Below are positions 47,331-54,596 of a stretch of 64,000 nucleotides of DNA, in pieces. The stretch's first letter is position 1, and the number at the start of each line of letters is the position of its first letter. The DNA is taken from assembly GCA_964408775.1 (NCBI GenBank), contig CAYPAP010000002.1, positions 65,109 to 129,108 on the forward strand, read 5' to 3'. The notes beneath the pieces are model-generated. The model ran no database searches. It worked only from the letters and a program-made list of their open reading frames with translations, and was not told the origin of the DNA. The position numbers were made by a program, and so were the translations under genes. The stretch comes from an uncultured Gammaproteobacteria bacterium (lineage in GTDB: Bacteria; Patescibacteriota; Patescibacteriia; Patescibacteriales; UBA12465).

Positions 47331-47481
47331 GAGTGAGGGGAAGCGAAGTGCCTGCGCACTTCGCGCCTAGGATGAGAAAGCCGGAGCGATGTGTGAGCGT
47401 AGCGAGCACCGCGAGGCCAGGCCAGAGCGCTTAGTGAGCGTAGACTGCGTAGCAGTCAAGCGAGACTTAGCGACGTGTGGC
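47331..47481. other. GC-rich non-coding insert between the two tRNA-Gln 3'-end copies
   Basis: Hairpin GCGAAGTGC-CTGC-GCACTTCGC (47343-47364). 10-nt direct repeat GTGAGCGTAG (47393-47402 and 47434-47443). Recurrent GCGAG/GCGTAG words. The ORFs predicted here have no coding features. Confidence 0.7.
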
Positions 47482-47499
47482 CGAATCCTAGTCCCCGAG
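47482..47499 (+). repeat. direct repeat copy 2 (orphan tRNA-Gln 3' end)
   Basis: CGAATCCTAGTCCCCGAG. No matching T-stem or acceptor 5' strand lies upstream, so this is not a second tRNA. Confidence 0.95.
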
Positions 47500-47510
47500 C
47501 TACGATCAAG

Positions 47511-47535
47511 AACACCTGTAAACACAGGTGTTTTT
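47511..47535 (+). terminator. second terminator, after the orphan 3'-end copy
   Basis: CACCTGT-AAAC-ACAGGTG followed by TTTTT. Confidence 0.75.
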
Positions 47536-47597
47536 GTTTATATTTTAGCTCGAATCCTTGTTGAGGTATAGATTTAATTATGATATAATATAATTAT

Positions 47598-48068
47598 ATG
47601 ATTTATAAAGAAGACGCGAAATACTTGAAGGAAGCAATTCGAAAATCTAGGGAAGCGACAAAAAAGGGAGGTTTCCCCGTAGGGGCTTTGATTGTTAAAA
47701 ATAACAAGGTTATTTCTTTTGGTTTTAGTAACGGCAAGACAAAGAAAGATGCAACTCTTCATGCAGAAATAGATGCTATTAGAAAAGCTTCAAAGAAATT
47801 GAATTCAAGAAATCTGCCAAATACTACACTATATTCTTCTTTGGAGCCATGTTTAATGTGTTTTTCGGCCACCTATTGGGCATATATCCCAAGAATAGTT
47901 TACGCATGTAGTAAGAAAAAGGTTTCAAGAATGCATTATGAAGGTACTCAAAATTTAGATATAATTAATAAAAATAATAATAGAAAAATTGAACTTGTAC
48001 ATATCTCGGAATTAGAGAAAGAGGCTTTTGATGTAATTAAAGATTGGGAAGAATCTTTAAAGAGATGA
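47598..48068 (+). CDS. CDA-fold nucleoside/nucleotide deaminase (TadA / guanine-deaminase-like)
   Basis: HAEIDAI and PCLMC zinc motifs; 156 aa. Confidence 0.85.
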   Translation: MIYKEDAKYLKEAIRKSREATKKGGFPVGALIVKNNKVISFGFSNGKTKKDATLHAEIDAIRKASKKLNSRNLPNTTLYSSLEPCLMCFSATYWAYIPRIVYACSKKKVSRMHYEGTQNLDIINKNNNRKIELVHISELEKEAFDVIKDWEESLKR

Positions 48069-48178
48069 TAAATATATAATTTTAGTTCAAAAATTGTCCG
48101 CAACCCAGATTTAGCTATTGACAAATAATTATATTATGTTATTGTTTGAATAATATTGCTCTTTTACATTGCGTTTGA

Positions 48179-49042
48179 TTGGTTTTCATAGGGGCTTTTG
48201 GCTTCTGTGATAACCAATTAAACGCTCCAAACATGAAAACAAGAGAACAGGTCTCAGAAGAGATTATTGCCATTACTTACGGACTTGAATTTATAGATTC
48301 AAGAAACATTTTTGCGTTTATAGAAGAAATTATTAAATACGATTTTTTAAGTACCTTTAAATTTAAGGAAAGCAAAGAAAAACTCAAAAGTAGTATTATT
48401 TTTGCTCTTAGTTCTATCTCTATGAATATAATAAATGAATTAAGAGAGAATAAAAACACAATATCTCATACAACTGAGTTTAAAAATGGCCAGATAGTGC
48501 ATACTTATTTTGATCGTAAAAAGAACAGAGTTCTATCTTCTCGGCTGGATATTTATTCTACAGACGACATTCTCTCTTATCATAATAAAATTTTACAAGA
48601 AACAGGGGATTTTGTTGGGAAAAAAGAAGTCCTAGATCTTTTTCACAAAGAATATTTAAGGGATTTGTCGCACGAAGCAAGGTTGGAGGCTTCTTATTAT
48701 AGAAACATAGATGATCTGTTGGATCTTTTTAACAATCCAAGATATGAAGCGGTCAGAGATGATTCTATATGGTCTGCTATAAGTGATAAGGCTGCAGAGC
48801 AATTACCTTTAGATAATTTAAAGTTTAAAGATATAAAGGAGGCTACGCGAGCCTATCAAGAAGATGGGAAGCCGGAAACTTTGATACAACTAAAAAAACT
48901 CCATATAATTCAGGCAATTAAAAACACAGAAAATTGCTATGACCGTGACGAGCTACATAAAATGCTTGATGAAAGTGAGTTTAAATGTGCTCGAAGGGTT
49001 ATTATGAGGAGATTAGTATGTCTGGATATTACATCGGAATAA
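48179..49042 (+). CDS. hypothetical protein
   Basis: 287-aa ORF from a TTG. An alternative ATG at 48233 gives MKTREQV. No motif recognised. A terminator-like hairpin follows at about 49051-49080. Confidence 0.5.
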   Translation: MVFIGAFGFCDNQLNAPNMKTREQVSEEIIAITYGLEFIDSRNIFAFIEEIIKYDFLSTFKFKESKEKLKSSIIFALSSISMNIINELRENKNTISHTTEFKNGQIVHTYFDRKKNRVLSSRLDIYSTDDILSYHNKILQETGDFVGKKEVLDLFHKEYLRDLSHEARLEASYYRNIDDLLDLFNNPRYEAVRDDSIWSAISDKAAEQLPLDNLKFKDIKEATRAYQEDGKPETLIQLKKLHIIQAIKNTENCYDRDELHKMLDESEFKCARRVIMRRLVCLDITSE

Positions 49043-49228
49043 TGATTTCATAAGCTGCGAATTAAAATCGTGGCTTTTTTATTTTAATCTTTTAAATTAT
49101 ATTAAATTATTCCTTCGCGAATAAAAGCTCCCGTGATTGGGTAAAAGATCAGCTCGCCTTATTTCAGGCGAGTTTTTTATTTACTTTTCCCTAAAATATG
49201 CTAATATTTATATATAAAATATACAAAT

Positions 49229-50074
49229 ATGATGAACATAATAATATCAAACCCAGAAAAATTTGATAATTTAAAACAAATATTAAAAACTGAAGGATTG
49301 GATAAGGTTCATATTTTATCTGATTTTGACAGAACTCTCACCTATGGCTCAGTTGATGGCGTAAAAACATCTTCAATAATGTCACTACTAAGAGACGGAA
49401 AACACTTAAGTTCTGATTATGTTCAAAAGGCCCATGAATTATTTGATACTTATCACCCGATTGAAGTTGATTCAAATATTCCGCTAGAAGAAAGAAAGGA
49501 CGAGATGCGAGAATGGTGGCAAAAACACAATGACTTATTGATAAGCTCCGGCTTGTCTTTAAGTGATTTAGAAGACATCGCTAAAAATGGTCATTTAAAA
49601 TTCAGAGAAGGGGTTCTGGATTTCTTAGATTTCTTGAAGTCAAAAAATATTCCCTTAATCATATTTTCGGCCAGCGGTTGTGGTGATGCTATTGAATTAT
49701 TTTTTAAAAAATATAATAAAGATTATTCCAATATTTATTATTTAACTAATAAATTTAATTGGGATGAAAACGGGAGGGCTATTTCTACTAAGGGCCCGAT
49801 AATTCACTCCTTGAATAAAGACGAAACAGTTCTTTCGGATATTCCGGAAATTTTTAATATTATCAAAGATAGAAAAAATGTTATTCTCTTGGGTGATAGC
49901 TTGGGCGACGTTGACATGATTAATGGTTTTGATTATGATAATTTAATCAAGATTGGGTTTTTAAATTTTGAGTATAATAAAAATAGGGAAGAGTACCAAA
50001 GTAATTTTGATGTAGTTTTGGAGGGTGATGGAGATTTTAGCTTTATTAATAATATTATTCTTAATTTTAATTAA
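49229..50074 (+). CDS. HAD-superfamily pyrimidine 5'-nucleotidase of the eukaryotic UMPH-1/NT5C3 type
   Basis: Motif I ILSDFDRTLT, motif II IFSASGCGD, motif IV VILLGDSLGDVDM. The spacing and ~280-aa length fit the UMPH-1 family as I recall it. Confidence 0.7.
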   Translation: MMNIIISNPEKFDNLKQILKTEGLDKVHILSDFDRTLTYGSVDGVKTSSIMSLLRDGKHLSSDYVQKAHELFDTYHPIEVDSNIPLEERKDEMREWWQKHNDLLISSGLSLSDLEDIAKNGHLKFREGVLDFLDFLKSKNIPLIIFSASGCGDAIELFFKKYNKDYSNIYYLTNKFNWDENGRAISTKGPIIHSLNKDETVLSDIPEIFNIIKDRKNVILLGDSLGDVDMINGFDYDNLIKIGFLNFEYNKNREEYQSNFDVVLEGDGDFSFINNIILNFN

Positions 50075-50143
50075 TTAAATTATAAAACTATAAGAAATTT
50101 TAAAGTTCCAGATAAATTTCCCAAACCAATCATTAACGAATCC

Positions 50144-50692
50144 TTGGGTCGCCCCAGTCTAGAGGGAAGGGGAGATTTATTGAAAGATGAGGATGAGGAA
50201 ATTGTTAATAAAAATGATCCTCGCAATAAACATGTTAAGCCTGAGGATATCGCTGACAATTCATATTTGTCTTACGGAGAAAGTAATGACGACGGTGATC
50301 AAGATTTAGACGAGGACAATTATATGCTGACAGATGAAGAGATTGAAAAAGAAGCGCAGGAGAAAGAAAGAGCCTTATCTTTTAAAAAACAATCAGAATT
50401 AGAATGGTCCGAAGATTATTCTGAAATTAAGTCGGTAACAAACGGGGAAGTGGTGCATTCAAATAGCAAGGAGTTTATTGAAAATTTGAATGGTGACAGT
50501 AAGGACGAAAGTTTAAATAAGGAAACGTTAGAAATAAAACCTATTTCCGGAAGAATGCGAGCTGAAGCTTGGCGTGTTTACAATAAAGGATATATAGCAC
50601 CAGATAAAAATAGGGGTAATTTAAAAACAGAGCTTCCATCAAAAAGAAAAAGAAGAAATAGGGGGCTTTTACGAGGTTTATTTAAGAATTAA
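50144..50692 (+). CDS. hypothetical acidic protein with a basic C-terminal tail; start uncertain
   Basis: The frame is open from 50075. There is no in-frame ATG until codon 61. Candidate TTG starts are at 50144 and at 50180; the latter is preceded by GGAG at 50171-50174. The C-terminus is KRKRRNRGLLRGLFKN. Confidence 0.45.
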   Translation: MGRPSLEGRGDLLKDEDEEIVNKNDPRNKHVKPEDIADNSYLSYGESNDDGDQDLDEDNYMLTDEEIEKEAQEKERALSFKKQSELEWSEDYSEIKSVTNGEVVHSNSKEFIENLNGDSKDESLNKETLEIKPISGRMRAEAWRVYNKGYIAPDKNRGNLKTELPSKRKRRNRGLLRGLFKN

Positions 50693-50740
50693 TAACCTGA
50701 TATTAAAATATTTTCAATTTACAAAATAACAAAAATGAGC

Positions 50741-50767
50741 CCGAAGCTCATTTTTTATTTCATTTCA
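50741..50767. terminator. bidirectional terminator
   Basis: AAAAATGAGC-CCGAA-GCTCATTTTTT. Confidence 0.7.
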
Positions 50768-50777
50768 TAACTTTTTA

Positions 50778-51461
50778 TTATAATTCTTTTTCTTCTTTGG
50801 CCACCTCTTTAATAATTTTTTTCTTAACCTGATAAAGATTCATAAAAGAAAAAACTAATAGTCCACCTAGAAAAATTCCCCAAACGTTCATTAAGAAAAA
50901 TTTTAGAATATATATGAATAATTCAAATTCCATGTTAGCCAAAATTAATCCCAGAGAAGTAAGTGGGGGAATAATAGTAACAGCGATAGCTATTCCCGAT
51001 AAGTAATCCTTGGAATTTGGCCGAGTCCAAGCATAACTGGCAGTTATACCAGCGATAATTGAGATAGTGAAAGTCAACCAAGATATCTCCATTTTTTTAA
51101 TTAACAAAATATCTAAACAGTTAATATTAAAAATAATTCCAGTTAAAGTAGAAAAAACTATGGATAATAGGGTTGCTAAAATAAAAATTCTGATGGATCT
51201 ACCAAAGACCTTAAAATTAGCAATAATACTTCCAAGCGACATCGCTAGAATAGGTGATAGAAGAGGAGCAACTATCATTCCAGCAATAACAAGGGCAATA
51301 TTATCACTAATTAATCCCAGGGCTGTTATCAGGGTGGACAGAGATACCATTAGATAAAAATCAGTTTTAGGAGCGCTGGAATTTATAATACTAGAAACAA
51401 AAATTTTCTTATTTTCTTGCTCGCCATTTTTTAATCCGATTATTTCTTTAAAGCTTAGCAT
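50778..51461 (-). CDS. DUF389-like integral membrane protein
   Basis: 227 aa, six TMs. GMIVAPLLSPILAMSLG resembles the DUF389 core. Confidence 0.55.
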   Translation of the reverse strand: MLSFKEIIGLKNGEQENKKIFVSSIINSSAPKTDFYLMVSLSTLITALGLISDNIALVIAGMIVAPLLSPILAMSLGSIIANFKVFGRSIRIFILATLLSIVFSTLTGIIFNINCLDILLIKKMEISWLTFTISIIAGITASYAWTRPNSKDYLSGIAIAVTIIPPLTSLGLILANMEFELFIYILKFFLMNVWGIFLGGLLVFSFMNLYQVKKKIIKEVAKEEKEL

Positions 51462-51602
51462 AATTTCAAAATAATTTATTTCTTAATTTTATTTTATTAT
51501 AGCTTATTTGAAAAAATGTTTCAACCATTTTTTATGGCCAGCCTATTGCTTTTTATATATTAAAGATATAATATATAGATATTATTAAATAAATTTAAAA
51601 AA

Positions 51603-52235
51603 ATGAAAAAATTTAATCAGGGTCGTGATCGTGATTTTAGCGATAGGGGCCCTAAGAGAGGTTCAGGTGGTTTTGACCGAGGTTCTAGCCGACGACCAGA
51701 GAGAGGCGGCTTTGGGGGAGGGAACCGCAGTGGTTCTTCTGCCATGCATAAAGCAGTCTGTTTTGAATGTGGTAAAGATTGCGAGGTTCCTTTTAGACCG
51801 ACTGGAGGAAAGCCAGTTTTTTGCAGTATTTGCTTTGATAAAAAAGGCGGGTCAGAAAGCAGATCTAGAGGGGGATTTGACGGAAGACCAGAAAGAAGTT
51901 TTGAAAGAGATAACTCTTTCAAACCCAGATTTGATGATAAAAAATTTGGTGATAACAAAAAACCATTTAATGATGGTAAATTAGATGAGGTTATTTCTAA
52001 ATTAGATAAAATTATTAGATTACTTACTCCAGTAATTGACTTAAGAAAAGAAGATCCAGCAATAACAGAATCTAAGGTTGTTAACAAGAAATCTGAAGTA
52101 AGGGATATTAAGAAGGATAAGGTGGTAAAAAAGAGTTCAGCTAAAACCAAGGTTACCCCAAAGAAGAAAAGCAAAAAAGATAGTTTAACTAAAGCAACCC
52201 CTAAAACCAAGGCTAAAGCCAAGACAAAAAAGTAG
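51603..52235 (+). CDS. CxxC-x17-CxxC zinc-ribbon protein with an R/G-rich N-terminus and a Lys-rich C-terminus
   Basis: CFECGKDCEVPFRPTGGKPVFCSICF flanked by RGG-like and KKxK low-complexity regions. Confidence 0.7.
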   Translation: MKKFNQGRDRDFSDRGPKRGSGGFDRGSSRRPERGGFGGGNRSGSSAMHKAVCFECGKDCEVPFRPTGGKPVFCSICFDKKGGSESRSRGGFDGRPERSFERDNSFKPRFDDKKFGDNKKPFNDGKLDEVISKLDKIIRLLTPVIDLRKEDPAITESKVVNKKSEVRDIKKDKVVKKSSAKTKVTPKKKSKKDSLTKATPKTKAKAKTKK

Positions 52236-52266
52236 AGCAAAATTTAATTAAATACTTCCTTTAACA

Positions 52267-52295
52267 AAAGAAGCACCTTTGCGGTGCTTCTTTTA
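52267..52295 (+). terminator. intrinsic terminator
   Basis: GAAGCACC-TTTGC-GGTGCTTC followed by TTTT. Confidence 0.75.
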
Positions 52296-52368
52296 GTTGA
52301 CTTATTTTAAAAATTATATTAAAGTCCTTGATTACATTAACAACATTAAATAAGAAAAGGAGGTGGTT

Positions 52369-53049
52369 ATGAATAAAGTGAGCACTATATTAATTGCTTC
52401 TGGTGGCGGCACGGATGCTAATGCCATAATGGAAGCTTACAAAAAGGGATTTATTCCCGAGATTTTATTGAAAAAGTTAATAAGTACCAAGGAGGGTGCC
52501 GGTTGCCTGGAAAAAGCCAAAAATTTTGGTATTGAAACCACGGTGATTGATAGAAAAGAGCTGGGCTCCCAGGGTTTTAACCGGGAATTATTGCGTCAGA
52601 TACCGTTTTGCGGCTGTGAGTTGGTGTTTCTGGTTGGATGTATAGTAAAAATTGCTCCTATGTTGGGGGTATCGACTTACAATATTCATCCAGCTGATAT
52701 CGAAAAATTTGGAGGAAAGGGAATGTATGGCCTTGCTGTTCATGAAAAAGTTTTGTCTGAAGTCTTGGACTTAATTTCTCGTGGCAAAAAAAGTCCGGAC
52801 GATCGCTTTTTTACTTATCCAACCGTCCATGAAGTAATATCTGAATATGATTCAGGTGCCCCATTGCTTGTGGGAAGTGTAGAAATTCCGAAAGTAATAG
52901 TTACCGGTCTTTTTTATAAGCAGATCAGACTGCAACAAGCGGCCCAGCTTTTACAAAAAGTAGTTCTACCTTATGAGTGGATGATGCTACCGACGGCCGT
53001 CAAAATGGCTGCTAAGAAAATACGAGACAGCACTCCTTTTGGAGGATGA
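52369..53049 (+). CDS. purN: phosphoribosylglycinamide formyltransferase-like (divergent PurN)
   Basis: The ATG at 52369 lies 5 nt after AAGGAGG. ILIASGGGTDANAIM, NIHPA, and HEVISEYDSGAP (compare PurN HFV.DELDGGP). Confidence 0.75.
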   Translation: MNKVSTILIASGGGTDANAIMEAYKKGFIPEILLKKLISTKEGAGCLEKAKNFGIETTVIDRKELGSQGFNRELLRQIPFCGCELVFLVGCIVKIAPMLGVSTYNIHPADIEKFGGKGMYGLAVHEKVLSEVLDLISRGKKSPDDRFFTYPTVHEVISEYDSGAPLLVGSVEIPKVIVTGLFYKQIRLQQAAQLLQKVVLPYEWMMLPTAVKMAAKKIRDSTPFGG

Positions 53050-53080
53050 GCTATGAAGCTCGTAAATTTAGAAAAAAATA

Positions 53081-53105
53081 ATCTCGTCAAACGGCGAGAT
53101 TTTTT
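53081..53105 (+). terminator. terminator after purN
   Basis: ATCTCG-TCAAACGG-CGAGAT followed by TTTTT. Confidence 0.65.
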
Positions 53106-53110
53106 AATTA

Positions 53111-53135
53111 AAAAAGCCACCGAATTTTCGATGGC
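53111..53135 (-). terminator. terminator after the PAICS-like gene
   Basis: On the minus strand, a GCCATCGAA/TTCGGTGGC stem followed by TTTTT. Confidence 0.6.
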
Positions 53136-53170
53136 TGTATTTTTATACCTTTTGAAAAACTTAGACCTTT

Positions 53171-54253
53171 TCAGTCATCTAGTTCTTCAATTTCGTCTTG
53201 TATTTGGGTATACATCGCCGGGTTTTTTTGGCTCAGAATATTAAAAGCAGCTAAGATAGCATTTTCATCTGGCCAGGCAGTCAAAAGAGGCACCTGAAAT
53301 GGCATTCGTAGGCTGGACCAAACATCTTCCGGGAAGTCTTTTAAACTTGCCGGACAGGCTATTACTGGCCATGAAGTCCTGGCTGCCAAAATTGGCCCCA
53401 GACCATTGCTTCTTCCAACCTTGACGATAATCACGCCTCCATCCGGGTAGGCCTGAAGTATTTCTTCGAGCTTTGCCAGAGCCTTGGCGGGAGATTTGTG
53501 AACTGATAATGCCACATCAATCATGTCTATCCCTATTTCTTTTATTTTTTCGGGATAAACGTAATTAACGTACGGAAGAGAGTCTCCAACAGAATACCCC
53601 CAAAAAACCAGAGCTTGATTTGGTATACGGAAGTTGTTAACCATTTGGCTAACTGTTCCGTATTTTTTTTCCACCTCACTCAGGTTTTCTCCTTGTCGGA
53701 AGCTTTCTTTGGAGAGCTCGGTCCAGTTTTTGGTACGCAGTCGCCAGCTGTCATTGTCAATGACATCGGCTACCAGGAGCTCTCCATCGGCCGTGAAACC
53801 GAACTCGATTTTGAAGTCTATTAAGCGCATGTTTTGTTGCGCCCAGGCTGATTCCAAGGTCAGGAAAGTCATCCTCGTTAACTTCTCAATTCTATCAAGA
53901 ATTTGGACGCTAAGGGTGTTTCTTGCCTCTTGCTCATCCGAGACATGTTTATTTAGCTTCAAAACCTCCATAATACTTGGTGCTGTTAAAACCTTCCGAG
54001 AATCAATCGGCGGGTAAAGGACAGCATTCTTTTCCCAGGAAGGAATTTTGGGGTGATAAAGTTCCCACCAATGAGCGTCTTTAGGAATAATCAGAGGATC
54101 CTCTTCTCCTTTTTTCGGATCTAGACCCTTTACCAGTTTTTCCCCAAAAATTTCCAGCTCTCCTCCTGTAGTCTTAAGGAAAAGCTCTATTTTCAGGGAA
54201 TGAAAACGGTCAGGATTATTGCTGTCAGTGCTCATGTTAGGGAAGCGCTTCAA
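53171..54253 (-). CDS. purC-purE: PAICS-like bifunctional gene, downstream part: C-terminal two-thirds of SAICAR synthetase fused to a class-II-like PurE (AIR carboxylase)
   Basis: LIDFKIEFG...[13 protein letters not shown] (SAICAR synthetase), then a PurE fold from about 53620 downward: [29 protein letters not shown]. The ORF begins at a TTG immediately after an in-frame TAG, in the same frame as the upstream fragment. Confidence 0.8.
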   Translation of the reverse strand: [360 protein letters not shown]

Positions 54254-54559
54254 CTAGCTTCCCACGGCATAGCGCCGAGCGATAACCTCCAGTGGTATCA
54301 TCGTACATCGTGGAGCCAGAAATTCTGTTTCACCCAGTTGTTTTTCAAAAGCAACGGGAATTCCGGCTTTTTTCAGCAGTTCAAAAACGCGACAAGTTGT
54401 ATTTGTGGCGTACTTTGCTTTAGCCTCGAACTCCTGAGTTTTGCTGGGGTCATCAAAAGCAGTGATTTTGCTTTTGCTCTCGATGACAACCATTTTCGGA
54501 TTGTCTTCATGGGACCAAATTCTTTTGGTCTTACCTTCTGCGATGAGTCGTTGTCTCAT
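54254..54559 (-). CDS. purC: PAICS-like gene, upstream part: N-terminal SAICAR synthetase fragment ending in an in-frame TAG
   Basis: MRQRLIAEGKTKRIW...KITAFDD...IPVAFEKQLGETEFLAPRCTMIPLEVIARRYAVGS*. The ATG at 54559 is preferred over the track start at 54622, which overlaps purM. TAG is at 54254-54256. Confidence 0.75.
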   Translation of the reverse strand: MRQRLIAEGKTKRIWSHEDNPKMVVIESKSKITAFDDPSKTQEFEAKAKYATNTTCRVFELLKKAGIPVAFEKQLGETEFLAPRCTMIPLEVIARRYAVGS

Positions 54560-54596
54560 TGTCTGTCCTTTCTTTTTAGTTAAGGGATATGAAAAA

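Noticed and set aside
47400-47499. A possible second tRNA or tmRNA-like gene ending at the duplicated 3' end
   Set aside because: Upstream of the second copy there is no T-stem partner for CCTAG, the T-loop reads CCGAAT rather than TTCGAAT, and no 7-nt acceptor 5' strand exists. Only GGGGA at 47337-47341 could pair, about 150 nt away.
47167-47571. Three 60-80-aa ORFs across the tRNA-Gln region
   Set aside because: They run through the tRNA, its terminators and the GC-rich insert. Stop codons are simply rare in GC-rich sequence, and the products are Arg/Ala/Ser-rich with no motifs.
51617-52240. 207-aa antisense ORF (and a 119-aa + frame ORF) mirroring the whole CxxC-x17-CxxC gene
   Set aside because: The sense gene is built from AAA/AAG/GGN/AGA-type codons whose complements contain no stops. 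The antisense product is low-complexity Leu/Ser/Phe with no start context. Antisense ORFs over greA (46298-46687), the permease (29462-29944), the thioredoxin gene (30023-30295) and dnaE (17356-17667) have the same explanation.
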